Assembly: GCA_965250005.1 (NCBI GenBank)
Contig: OZ252279.1
Location: 1,860,001 to 1,892,000 of the forward strand
Length of the DNA: 32,000 nucleotides
Direction: 5' to 3'
Source: Demequinaceae bacterium
Lineage (GTDB): Bacteria; Actinomycetota; Actinomycetes; Actinomycetales; Demequinaceae
This document shows, piece by piece, positions 20,961 through 30,500 of this stretch. A model generated the notes under the pieces. That model was not told where the DNA came from. It made no database searches and saw only the letters and a list, made by a program, of their open reading frames with translations. The translations under genes and the position numbers were made by a program. Positions within the stretch are counted from its first letter, which is position 1. Each line of letters begins with the position of its first letter.

Positions 20961-22046
20961 ATGCACCTTGATCTGGCCGCGCCCGTTGACGCGCTCGCAA
21001 TCCAGTTGATCGACATTGAGTCGGTGAGCGGTAACGAGAGCGCAATCGCCGACGCCGTCGAAACCGCCCTCCGCGCGCAGCCGCACCTAGCGGTCATCCG
21101 CGACGGAGACGCGATTGTGGCGCGCACCAGTCTGGGCCGCGACGAGCGAGTTGTGGTCGCGGGGCATCTCGACACAGTGCCCGTCGCGGGCAACCTCCCG
21201 GCGCGCGTGGACGGCGGCGTGATTTGGGGTCGGGGGACAGCGGACATGAAGGCTGGAGTCGCCGTGCAACTCTCGCTGGCCACCGCGCTTTCCGCGCCCA
21301 GCCGCGATGTGACGTGGGTGTTCTACGACCATGAGGAGGTCGAGGAGTCGAAGAGCGGCCTTGGACGCCTCGCGGCCAACCACCGCGAGTTGCTAGAGGC
21401 GGATTTCGCCGTGCTGTGTGAGCCCACGGGTGGACGGATCGAGGGAGGCTGCAACGGAACACTGCGCGTGGCCGTCACCATCCCCGGCGTCGCCGCCCAT
21501 TCCGCTCGGGCTTGGAAGGGTGCGAATGCGATTCACGCGGCCGCGCCGTTGCTCGCAGTTCTCGCAGCGTATCAACCCGCGACGGTGACCGTGGACGGCC
21601 TCGACTATCGTGAGGGCCTCAACGCCGTGAATGTCTCGGGCGGGATCGCGAGCAACGTGATTCCTGACGCCTGCGCCGTGACCATCAACTACCGGTACGC
21701 GCCGGACAAGACAGTTGAACAGGCGCTCTCGCACGTACACGCCACGCTCGACGGGATGCTCCCCGAGCGCTCCACCTGGGACGTGACCGACAGCGCGAAC
21801 GCGTGCCGACCCGGACTCGACGCGCCGCTAGCGCAGAGTTTTGTCGAAGCCGTCGGCGCGACGGGTGCCGGAACGCCTCGCGCCAAACTCGGGTGGACAG
21901 ATGTCGCGCGGTTTGGCGCACTTGGTATCCCTGCCGTGAACTACGGTCCGGGCGATCCGGAATTCGCGCACAAGGATGACGAGCACGTGAGTATCGAGCA
22001 GATCCATCAGGTTCGCGAAGGGTTGGCAGCATGGTTAAGCGCGTAG
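20961..22046 (+). CDS. dapE: Succinyl-diaminopimelate desuccinylase
   Basis: 361 aa M20 peptidase-family protein: VVVAGHLDTVPVAGN, GRGTADMKAGVAV, TWVFYDHEEVEESKSGLG, CEPTGGRIEGGCNGTLR; divergent from dapD. Confidence 0.95.
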   Translation: MHLDLAAPVDALAIQLIDIESVSGNESAIADAVETALRAQPHLAVIRDGDAIVARTSLGRDERVVVAGHLDTVPVAGNLPARVDGGVIWGRGTADMKAGVAVQLSLATALSAPSRDVTWVFYDHEEVEESKSGLGRLAANHRELLEADFAVLCEPTGGRIEGGCNGTLRVAVTIPGVAAHSARAWKGANAIHAAAPLLAVLAAYQPATVTVDGLDYREGLNAVNVSGGIASNVIPDACAVTINYRYAPDKTVEQALSHVHATLDGMLPERSTWDVTDSANACRPGLDAPLAQSFVEAVGATGAGTPRAKLGWTDVARFGALGIPAVNYGPGDPEFAHKDDEHVSIEQIHQVREGLAAWLSA

Positions 22047-22813
22047 CGGGGACACCGAGCGTGGGGGCCTACCGCAAGGGGCCGGTGCTCTTGAGAGGTA
22101 GTCAGGTGCCCGAGTCCTCTAGCTCGCAGCGGCTGCTCGCCGACCGCGACGCCCCCGACTGGCTTCACGAGGACCCGTGGCGCGTGCTGCGCATCCAGAG
22201 CGAGTTCGTGGAGGGCTTCGGTGCGCTTGCAGAGATCGGTACGGCGATCTCGGTGTTCGGGTCAGCGCGCACCGAGCCCGGAACGCCTGAGTACGCGTGG
22301 GGCGAGACCGTCGGCCGTCTGCTGGCCCACGCGGGATGCGCGGTCATCACGGGCGGAGGGCCCGGCATCATGGAGGCTGCGAACAAGGGATGTGCGGAGG
22401 CCGGGGGAGTCTCTGTTGGGCTCGGGATCGAGCTCCCGCACGAGCAGGGTGTGAACGAGTACGTCAACGTCGGCATCAACTTTCGTTACTTCTTCGCTCG
22501 AAAGACGATGTTCGTCAAGTACGCGCAGGGCTTCATTGTGCTTCCAGGCGGGTTTGGGACATTCGACGAGCTTTTCGAGTCGCTCACGCTGGTGCAAACG
22601 GAGACCGTGAAGCATTTCCCCATTGTGTTGATAGGGCACGATTACTGGGATGGGCTGGTCGCGTGGCTGCGGGGAACCGTCGCTGCGCGCGGGAACATCG
22701 CGGTCGAGGATCTCGACTTGATTCACGTCACCGACAGCCCAGAGAAGGCCGTCGAGATTGTGCGAGAGTACGCCGAGCGCGCGGGCGCTGAATTAGGCGA
22801 GGCCGCCGACTAG
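22031..22813 (+). CDS. LOG/TIGR00730-family Rossmann protein
   Basis: 260 aa; ISVFGSARTEPGTPEYAWGE, VITGGGPGIMEAANKGCAEAGGVSVGLGIELPHEQ, FIVLPGGFGTFDELFESLTLVQT. Confidence 0.93.
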   Translation: MVKRVAGTPSVGAYRKGPVLLRGSQVPESSSSQRLLADRDAPDWLHEDPWRVLRIQSEFVEGFGALAEIGTAISVFGSARTEPGTPEYAWGETVGRLLAHAGCAVITGGGPGIMEAANKGCAEAGGVSVGLGIELPHEQGVNEYVNVGINFRYFFARKTMFVKYAQGFIVLPGGFGTFDELFESLTLVQTETVKHFPIVLIGHDYWDGLVAWLRGTVAARGNIAVEDLDLIHVTDSPEKAVEIVREYAERAGAELGEAAD

Positions 22814-22915
22814 CGGGAGATTCGAGCCGCTGGTTTTCGCGCGTCGGTACGAGCGCGTAGAATAATGGTATTGCTGCAGATAACGCGGCAGGCCAATCGA
22901 GGAGAAGAACCACAC

Positions 22916-23089
22916 ATGGCTGCAATGAAGCCCCGCACCGGCGACGGACCCATGGAGGTCGTCAAGGAAGGTCGCAGTTACGTTATGCGCGTTCCGCTTG
23001 AGGGCGGTGGCCGTCTCGTGGTCGAAATCAACGCAGACGAGGTCAAAGAACTGGGCGATGCCCTCCAGACGGCGCTCGTTCCCCGCTAG
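22916..23089 (+). CDS. DUF3117 domain-containing protein, 57 aa
   Basis: MAAMKPRTGDGPMEVVKEGRSYVMRVPLEGGGRLVVEINADEVKELGDALQTALVPR; preceded by GAGGAG. Confidence 0.9.
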   Translation: MAAMKPRTGDGPMEVVKEGRSYVMRVPLEGGGRLVVEINADEVKELGDALQTALVPR

Positions 23090-23094
23090 AACCG

Positions 23095-23730
23095 CTAGCG
23101 CTCCTTTACGGCGACAAGCAGTCCATCGCCCGACGGCAACAGCACCGTGGTCAGCCGCTCGTCGGCGCGTACCTGCTTGAGCGTTTCCCTGATAGCCGTC
23201 GTGTCGTGATCCCGCTGGGCCGGATCCGCTACGCGTGAGTGCCAGAGAGTGTTGTCGATAGCGAGCACTCCGCCGGGACGCAGCATCCGCACGGCCTCTG
23301 TCACGTACGTCGGGTACTCAGACTTGACCCCGTCAACAAGCACCATGTCGTAGCCGCCGTCCGTGAGTCGCGGGAGCACGTCCAGCGCGGCGCCCGCGAT
23401 CATGCGGGCGCGCGTGGCCGCGAACCCCGCTTCCGCCAGAGTCTCTTTGGCGGCCTTCTGGTGCTCGGGCTCCACGTCGATAGTGGTGATTGTGCCCTCG
23501 GGGTTCATGCCGCGCAGCAGGTAGACGGCGGACACGCCGGCTCCGGTGCCGATCTCCGCCACTGCGCGCGCGTCGATCGCTGCGGCGAGCGTCTGGAGCG
23601 CTGCGCCGGAGCCCGGGAAGATGGGCGCGCAACCCAACTCCGCCGCGACCTCGCGCGCCTTGAGCAGCACGGCGTCCTCCGGGATGAACTCCTCGGTGTA
23701 CGCCCAGTTGGCTGATGCCTCGTCAGTCAT
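23095..23730 (-). CDS. Class I SAM-dependent O-methyltransferase
   Basis: 211 aa; VAEIGTGAGVSAVYLLRGMNPEGTITTIDVEPEHQKAAKETLAEAG...YDMVLVDGVKSEYPTYVTEAVRMLRPGGVLAIDNTLWHSRVADP. Confidence 0.9.
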   Translation of the reverse strand: MTDEASANWAYTEEFIPEDAVLLKAREVAAELGCAPIFPGSGAALQTLAAAIDARAVAEIGTGAGVSAVYLLRGMNPEGTITTIDVEPEHQKAAKETLAEAGFAATRARMIAGAALDVLPRLTDGGYDMVLVDGVKSEYPTYVTEAVRMLRPGGVLAIDNTLWHSRVADPAQRDHDTTAIRETLKQVRADERLTTVLLPSGDGLLVAVKER

Positions 23731-23736
23731 GTGGCT

Positions 23737-23944
23737 CCTTGTCTCTGATCGCATCGTATCTCTGTGGACGTGGGCGGAAGCGCGGCTTAACGGGTGCGGC
23801 GCCCATGCTTGGCTATACCCCTATAGGTATGCAAAACGGCCTAAACTGCTTTCGATGGGGGTGTTCTGCGCTAAATGTTGCGGGGTTTCTTGGGACCCGT
23901 TAGGTTGCAGATTACACAGATCACTTTTTGAGGGAACTGGGTTG
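23737..23944. repeat. 208-bp direct repeat, left copy
   Basis: CCTTGTCTCTGATCGCATCG...TGAGGGAACTGGGTTG; matches 25283..25490 with one difference (CTGCTTTCG versus CTGCCTTCG). Confidence 0.97.
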
Positions 23945-23995
23945 GAGCCAACCCCGCTTTCCCGGACACGGGGTGTGTGTATCGCCCCGGGTTTG

Positions 23996-24913
23996 TTAGA
24001 GACTCGTGAATGCCCGCTCCGGGTTCGGCGCGGGGTTGTTCTGTGAAGCGTAGTGGGCTTGCTCGTATTCGACTGGTGGGACGTGTCCAATCTCGCCGTG
24101 GAGGCGTCGGTGGTTGAACCAGTCGATATATTCGACGACCGCGATCTCGAGGTCGGTGATGGATCTCCAGGGCCCCCGGTTTCGGACCAGCTCGGCTTTG
24201 AATAGCGAGTTGAAGGCTTCCGCGAGGGCGTTGTCGTAGGAGTCGCCGCGGGAACCGACGGAAGCGACGACGCCGGCCTCGCAGAGGCGTTGCGTGTAGC
24301 GGATAGCTCGATATTGAACGCCCCTGTCACTGTGATGAATCAGAGCAGTCACGTCTCGCCCGTCACGATGCCGCGACCACAATCCCATTTCCAGGGCATC
24401 CAAAGCCAGGTCGGTGCGTAGCGACGTCGATAGTTGCTAGCCGACGACCCGTCGGGAGCACACATCGATCACGAACGCTGCGTAAGCCCAGCCACTGAAG
24501 GTGCGAATGTAGGTGATGTCCGCGACCCACAACTGGTCAGGACGTTCGGCCCTGAACTGGCGATCCACGAGGTCCAAGGGACGTTCCGTTTCGCCCCCAG
24601 GGATCGTCGTGCGAGGAGACTTCACCCGGGCAATGCCTCGTAAACCCTCCCGACGCATGAGACGTTCTACGGTGCACCGAGCAACCCGGTGACCTCGCCG
24701 AACCAGTTCACCATGGACTTTCCGTACCCCATAGACACCGTAGTTCTCGGCATGGATTTCACGGATCAAGACGAGAAGACCCGCGTCCCGGACGGCTCTG
24801 ACCGACGGCGGCCGCGACCGGGCCGCATAGTACGTCGCTGGGGCGATCGGCAACTGTGCGCAGATCGGCTCGACCCCGAAGACATCCTTGTTCTCGTCAA
24901 TGTAGGTGATCAT
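23996..24913 (-). pseudogene. IS3-family transposase orfB (integrase catalytic domain) interrupted by an in-frame TAG
   Basis: Minus-strand ORFs 24437..24913 and 23996..24403 are in the same frame; translation [35 protein letters not shown]. Catalytic-region motifs RPDQLWVADITYIRT, IHHSDRGVQY and GDSYDNALAEAFNSLFKAE are present. Confidence 0.88.
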
Positions 24914-25251
24914 CGTGTCGGTGGGCGGTCGAGCTCCGCCGCGAAGAAAGCCGAAGCACTCTTCAAGATCGCATTCGCTCGACGTAGCTCTCGAACCTCA
25001 CGCTCCAACACCGCGATCCTCGACGCATCATCGGTCGTGGTCCCCGGACGATGCCCCCCATCCACCTCCGCGCGCCTCACCCACGTCCGCAACGACTCCC
25101 GATGGATCCCCAACTGGTCAGCAATCCTCGCCATCGACCCCCGGCTCGTCGCCGGGTCCCGTCTCGCATCAAGCGCCAACCGTGTCGCCCGCTCCCTAAG
25201 TTCCGGCGAATACTTCCTCGGTGCTCCCATAGTCCTCATCCTTCCCTGCAA
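24910..25251 (-). CDS. IS3-family transposase orfA (helix-turn-helix)
   Basis: MGAPRKYSPELRERATRLALD...SMARIADQLGIHRESLRTWVRRAEVD...RIAVLEREVRELRRANAILKSASAFFAAELDRP; stop overlaps the orfB start (ATGA). Likely true start is the internal MGAPRKY. Confidence 0.92.
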   Translation of the reverse strand: MQGRMRTMGAPRKYSPELRERATRLALDARRDPATSRGSMARIADQLGIHRESLRTWVRRAEVDGGHRPGTTTDDASRIAVLEREVRELRRANAILKSASAFFAAELDRPPTR

Positions 25252-25282
25252 TGAAAGTCTCCGCCAAACCCGGGGCGATACA

Positions 25283-25490
25283 CCTTGTCTCTGATCGCAT
25301 CGTATCTCTGTGGACGTGGGCGGAAGCGCGGCTTAACGGGTGCGGCGCCCATGCTTGGCTATACCCCTATAGGTATGCAAAACGGCCTAAACTGCCTTCG
25401 ATGGGGGTGTTCTGCGCTAAATGTTGCGGGGTTTCTTGGGACCCGTTAGGTTGCAGATTACACAGATCACTTTTTGAGGGAACTGGGTTG
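25283..25490. repeat. 208-bp direct repeat, right copy, directly abutting the IS right end
   Basis: See left copy 23737..23944; first base follows the terminal CA of the IS. Confidence 0.97.
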
Positions 25491-25525
25491 CCTGTGAGGG
25501 TTTGCTTGTTCGGAGCGGGGATATT

Positions 25526-27520
25526 GTGGCGATTTTGAGACGTAGCGTGCGTGTGTGCGCCATTTCGGCAGGTGCTGTTGCTGTGATGAGTTTGGGATTG
25601 TTGACTACTAGTGCGGTGGCTGCCGTGATGGTGGATGGTACGCCGGCTGATGTGGAAGCTACGCTTTACGTTGGTTTGCCTGAGTTGACGGCGCCGTCGG
25701 CTTACGATGCGCAGGTTCTTGCGCGCGAGACCGGCAAGGATGTTGAGGATCTTTCGCAGCGCACTAGCACGCAAGCTGTTGTGGCTTTGCCCGATGGGTC
25801 CTGGCGTACGCATGTGCATGGTGCTCCGCAGTGGGTGTTGACTAGCGGGGATGGTACGTCGGATGCGGATTGGAGTCCGCTTGATTCGACGTTGGTGGTT
25901 CGTGCTGATGGTTTCATTGTTCCGGTTGCGCACACGGAAGGTTTTGTGATTGCGCCTGGTGGTGAGCGAACTGATCTGATTCTTGAGACCACCGATTCTG
26001 AGTCTGGTGAAACGGTTTCTTTGCTCTGGGATGGTTCGTATTTGCCGCCCGCGCAGATTGACGGCGCGCGTGTGACGTATCCCGAGGTGAAGCCTGGCAT
26101 TGACTATGTGATCGAGTTGTCACCGGTGGGTTATGAACAGTTTTATGTGGCTAAGAATCGTGGAGCGCTCAGAGCTGCAGGTGATTTGTTTCTAGATTTT
26201 TCGGTCGACGGCGGCGAGATTACGTCTGATGGTGCTGGTGGTGCGACGTTCCTTGATAGGAACGAAAACACGATCGCGTTTGTGCCGGTTGCTGTGGCAT
26301 GGGATGCCGAGACTGATGTCAGTCGCGGTAACCCTGTGTTGAAGCCTTGGCGCGGTGACCCGCGCAGGCCGTTTGGTGGTGACCGTGAAATGCCGGCAGG
26401 GCAGGGCAGTTGGCGTATCGGCTTTGATGCTGATGTTGAGTTTCAGGAAGAGGCAGTCGAGGTTGAGGTGGAGCCCCGCGAGGGTGGTGCACGGTTGAAA
26501 CTCAATTTGCCTGCGGGCTGGGCGGATGACCCGTCGACTCGGTTCCCTGTGGTGATTGACCCTTACGTTGTCCTCTATCCAACATATGACACGTACTACC
26601 AGACCAACAGTTCGGTGAACCATCAGTCCTATTCGTATTTGCTGATGGGGACGCCCAACAGCGGCAGCGTCAAGTACCGCACGTATCTGAATGTTACGAC
26701 CACACCCATCCAAGGACTGACTGTCACTGCTGCGCATTTCAACATTTGGAATTATCATTCGTGGTCGTGTTCTGCACGCAGTTGGCGTGCATATGCCGGC
26801 ACCAATGTCACTAGTCAGGTGTCATGGCCCGGACCGGGGTATGACGGTGGCGTGTATGGCGAGTCGTCTGCGACGTTGGGGTATTCGAGTTCGTGCAATG
26901 ACGGCTGGGTTTCGACGGATATCACAGCGCCCGCACAAATGTGGTCAGAGGACTTGGCCGATTCGTATCATTCGTTGGCGCTCGTTGCTGGAAGCGAGAC
27001 GAACAACTATTACTGGAAGCGGTTCTATTCGCTGTCGGCTAGCTCCCATCATCCGCATTTGGTTGTGTATTACAACCAGCCACCAGACGTGCCGTCTGGT
27101 GTGCTTGTGAATGGGTTCAGTTTGGATAGTTCTGCGTTGACGTTGACGGATCCGTATCCGGTGTTGGAGGCGACGGTTTCGGATTTGGATGGTGGGATGG
27201 TGCGCGCGGTTTTCGATATTTATGATGGCGTGGATTTGCTTGGCAGTTTTGATGGATCGTTGGTTGCTTCGGGTGGGACGTCGATGATTGTGTTTGCGAC
27301 ACCATTGGATCCTGATGTGGCGTACACGGTTAAGGTGCGTGCTTCGGACACGTTGGATGAGTCGGCGGTTTTGACTGTTCCTAACACGTTGACGTATGTG
27401 GTTGCGGCCCCGGATTTGCCGTCTGCAGGGTTGGTTGATGTTCCTGCGTATTGCGATGACGATATTGGTGCGGTTGTAGCGCCTAGCCCGGCACCGTGCA
27501 CGGGGGCTCCCGGTGTTTAG
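25526..27520 (+). CDS. Secreted DNRLRE-domain-type protein of the kind associated with RHS proteins
   Basis: ORF 25502..27520; likely GTG start 25526 (upstream start possible). Signal peptide VRVCAISAGAVAVMSLGLLTTSAVAA; DNRLRE-like SVKYRTYLNVTTTPIQGLTVTAAHFNIWNYHSWSCSARSWRAYAGTNVTSQVSW...DGWVSTDITAPAQMWSEDLADSYHSLALVAGSETNNYYWKRFYS. Confidence 0.82.
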   Translation: MAILRRSVRVCAISAGAVAVMSLGLLTTSAVAAVMVDGTPADVEATLYVGLPELTAPSAYDAQVLARETGKDVEDLSQRTSTQAVVALPDGSWRTHVHGAPQWVLTSGDGTSDADWSPLDSTLVVRADGFIVPVAHTEGFVIAPGGERTDLILETTDSESGETVSLLWDGSYLPPAQIDGARVTYPEVKPGIDYVIELSPVGYEQFYVAKNRGALRAAGDLFLDFSVDGGEITSDGAGGATFLDRNENTIAFVPVAVAWDAETDVSRGNPVLKPWRGDPRRPFGGDREMPAGQGSWRIGFDADVEFQEEAVEVEVEPREGGARLKLNLPAGWADDPSTRFPVVIDPYVVLYPTYDTYYQTNSSVNHQSYSYLLMGTPNSGSVKYRTYLNVTTTPIQGLTVTAAHFNIWNYHSWSCSARSWRAYAGTNVTSQVSWPGPGYDGGVYGESSATLGYSSSCNDGWVSTDITAPAQMWSEDLADSYHSLALVAGSETNNYYWKRFYSLSASSHHPHLVVYYNQPPDVPSGVLVNGFSLDSSALTLTDPYPVLEATVSDLDGGMVRAVFDIYDGVDLLGSFDGSLVASGGTSMIVFATPLDPDVAYTVKVRASDTLDESAVLTVPNTLTYVVAAPDLPSAGLVDVPAYCDDDIGAVVAPSPAPCTGAPGV

Positions 27521-27584
27521 GCGGGCAAGCGGTTCGGGTGCGGTTGGAGAGGTGTTTGAGGGCAGTGCGATCAGAGGGTTGAAC

Positions 27585-30500
27585 ATGGGGCGGGTTCGTT
27601 TAGGTTTGGTGGCTGTGTTTGTTGCCGCCGCGCTTGTGGTGTCGGGTACGCCTGCATGGACGGTTGACCTGTCACCGAGCCCGGATTCGACTGCGACTCC
27701 GAGTGTCGAGCCAAGCCCGGAACCGAGTGCAACACCAAACCCAGAACCGAGCCCAGAACCGAGTCCGGAACCGAGCCCAGAACCGAGTGTGGAGCCGAGT
27801 GCGTCGGTGAACGATTTTGTGTGGTCTGATCCTGATCCGGTTGATTCGGTTGAGGGTAATCCTGGTGGGGTGCCTCGCGATGTGGGGTTGGGTCGGTTGC
27901 CGTCGTTTGGGGCGGAGCAAAGTTCTGGTGTTGAGCATCGTGTGTTCGATTTTGATGTGATGTCGGGCACAGATTTTGAGGTTGCTGTCGCTGAGGGTAC
28001 GTCTGGTGTGGATGGCAGTGTTGTTGTTGCTGTGGGGGCGGTGCCGTTGGATGATGTGATTCGGCGTGTGTATGGGTCTTCAGGTTTGTATTTTCCTGGC
28101 GAGCTGCGTGGCCGCCCCGATTTGGTGGCCGCCAGTAGGCCATCAGCTGATGTTGGTGAGCATGTCATCGTGGAACAGCGTCCAGGTGCTGACGCATCTA
28201 TTCCGGGTGCGGCTTTTACGTTGTCGGTGGATGTGGGTGGCCTCAATGAGGATGCTCGATGGGTTGATGTTGCTGTAAATATGTCGCTGGTGGAGCATCT
28301 GTTTGGTGCAAACTATGTTGACCGGCTGCAGTTTGTGTTGCTACCTGAGTGTGCGTTGACGTCACGAAAGAATCGTGACTGTTTTGCTGGTTTGCCGTTG
28401 GAGTCGTCGCGTAATGGTTTGACGGGTGTGACCACGATTGCGGCGCCAGCGAATGCGCGCACCCTTGCAGATGTTGATGGCTTCAACTCGCGTCCTGTCA
28501 GTGTAGATGTGATTCATAGTGGCGATTTGGCGGCCGAGTTTGCTGCCTCACAGGGGTTGAAGTTTGCGGGCACTGGTGGCGGCACGATCATTGTTGCCGT
28601 GTCGGGTGCTTCTGGACAGGCAGGCGATTTTTCTGCTACCGACCTTGCCGCGCAGGGTACGTGGGGTGTGTCTGAACAGTCTGGCGCGTTCACCTATTCG
28701 CTGCCTATAGAGGTTCCACCCGCGCAGGCCGGTGCCGCCCCGAATGTTTCGTTGTCGTATTCCAGTGCCGGTGCGGACGCTAAAACAGAGTCCACGAACG
28801 GGCAGACATCAGTTTTGGGTGAAGGGTGGGCAAACCCGACGAACTTTATTGAGAGGCTCTATTTGCCGTGTAACGCCGACGAATATGGCACCAACCTTTT
28901 GGACAAGTGTTGGCATTCGCCGTATACGAGTGTGCCTGGTGAGGCGGCCTATACGGTGTCCCTAAATGGGGCAACATATGACCTGATTTGGGATGGCGGC
29001 AACCGTTACCGCACCTCTACAGAAATCGGATGGCGGGTGACACGTCACTGGGGTGCCAACAACGGCGACGGCGGTGAAGCCGACTCAGACGATGAAGGCG
29101 AATATTTTTTGGTCCAGGTTCCTGACGGTTCGCGCTACTACTTCGGTTACGGACATGTCGGTGTCAGCGGCTCGCCAACCAACTCGGTTGCGACCGTACC
29201 TGTTTTTGGTGACGATACAGGTGAACCGCGTTGTGGTACTGACGCCAACGACGAATGTGTGCAGGGATATCGGTGGATGCTGGACATTTCGGTGGACGCC
29301 TCAAACAACGCCAGCACCTATACCTATACGCGTGACACCAATCATTATGCGCTCAAGGGTGACGTCAACCGGATCACCGAATATACGGCCGCAATCCGTT
29401 TGGACGACATCAAATACGGTCTGGTGTGGGGCGGACTTGATGTAGGGGTTGGTACGCAGCAGGCGGACGCGAAGGTCCAATATGTTTACGTCGAACGCTG
29501 TGTTCAAGCGGCAAACTATTTGGGCACCCTTGCAACAACGCCAGCCGTGAACTGCCCAGATATGGATGAAGACAACGCCCACTTCTATCCCGATGTTCCT
29601 ATCGATTTGTTGTGTGATGCAGCCACGGGTTCGAACCCTTGTGCAGCCACCCACAATTCGCCAGTGTTTTTTACTACCGAGCGGCTAGACCAGATCACTA
29701 CATCGGTACGTGACTGGGCAGACGTTGACACGAACTCCGACTGGGTTCCGGTTGCGACCACTCAACTGTTGGCTGGCTATCCGATGACGGGGGATGGTTC
29801 TGCCCGAAACTTGTGGCTTGATGGCGTTTACACCAAAGCGTGGGGCGAGTTCGGCAACGTTGACGACGATTTGCAAACGTATGTCATCAAGTTTGATCCC
29901 ATCCAACTCAACAACCGTGTGGACTTCATTCCTGGTGACGATGACCGTCGCGCCGTGGACCGTCTACGTATTGAACGCGTACGCACCGAATTCGGTGGCC
30001 ACATCGAAGTCGAATATGCCCGCGATATTGATGGTGTTGGCGACGCAGATCCAGACGACCCGTACGGGCTGACAGTCTGTGAAGCCGATGGATTCGTCAA
30101 CGAAGCAGCGATCGACACGTACTACGACACCGTTTTCGCGAACGGTTGGGACGAAAACAGCCAACTGTGCTCCCCGTCCTCGAACGCAGACGACGCACCC
30201 ACATTCCACAAATATATGGTCACCGAAGTACGCCTCGTCGATGCGGTGGCGCCCGTACCTGTTGATGCAGACGAAGACGGCGACTTTGAGGAAGCAACAT
30301 CGAGCGACTTTTTTGACTACCTGACCACCGTTAACCGATACGACTACATCGGTGAGCCTGCCTGGGCTTACGCCGATTCGATCATGTCGGAGCGCGGCCA
30401 GGGTGGACAAACATGGAACGTGTTCCGTGGCTACGAAATTGTTGAATCCTGGGTAGGTGAGAACCTCACCGACTATGCGGTCACCCGCAACCAGTATTAT

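Larger units (their letters stand above)
23978..25282 (-). mobile_element. IS3-family insertion sequence
   Basis: 27-bp terminal inverted repeats TGTATCGCCCCGGGTTTGTTAGAGACT / TGTATCGCCCCGGGTTTGGCGGAGACT (3 mismatches), TG...CA ends, orfA+orfB on the minus strand. Confidence 0.92.

Noticed and set aside
23715-23903. Small peptide ORFs inside the 208-bp repeats (e.g. MQNGLNCFRWGCSALNVAGFLGTR)
   Set aside because: Short, in several overlapping frames, no clear RBS; conservation between copies is explained by recent duplication.
24689-25294. 201-aa plus-strand ORF within the IS
   Set aside because: Antisense to orfA/orfB, which have clear IS3-family motifs.
26945-28246. 433-aa antisense ORF containing a (GLGS)n stretch
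   Set aside because: Antisense to the DNRLRE and giant ORFs; the Gly-rich stretch is the reverse complement of the Pro-Glu-Ser linker.
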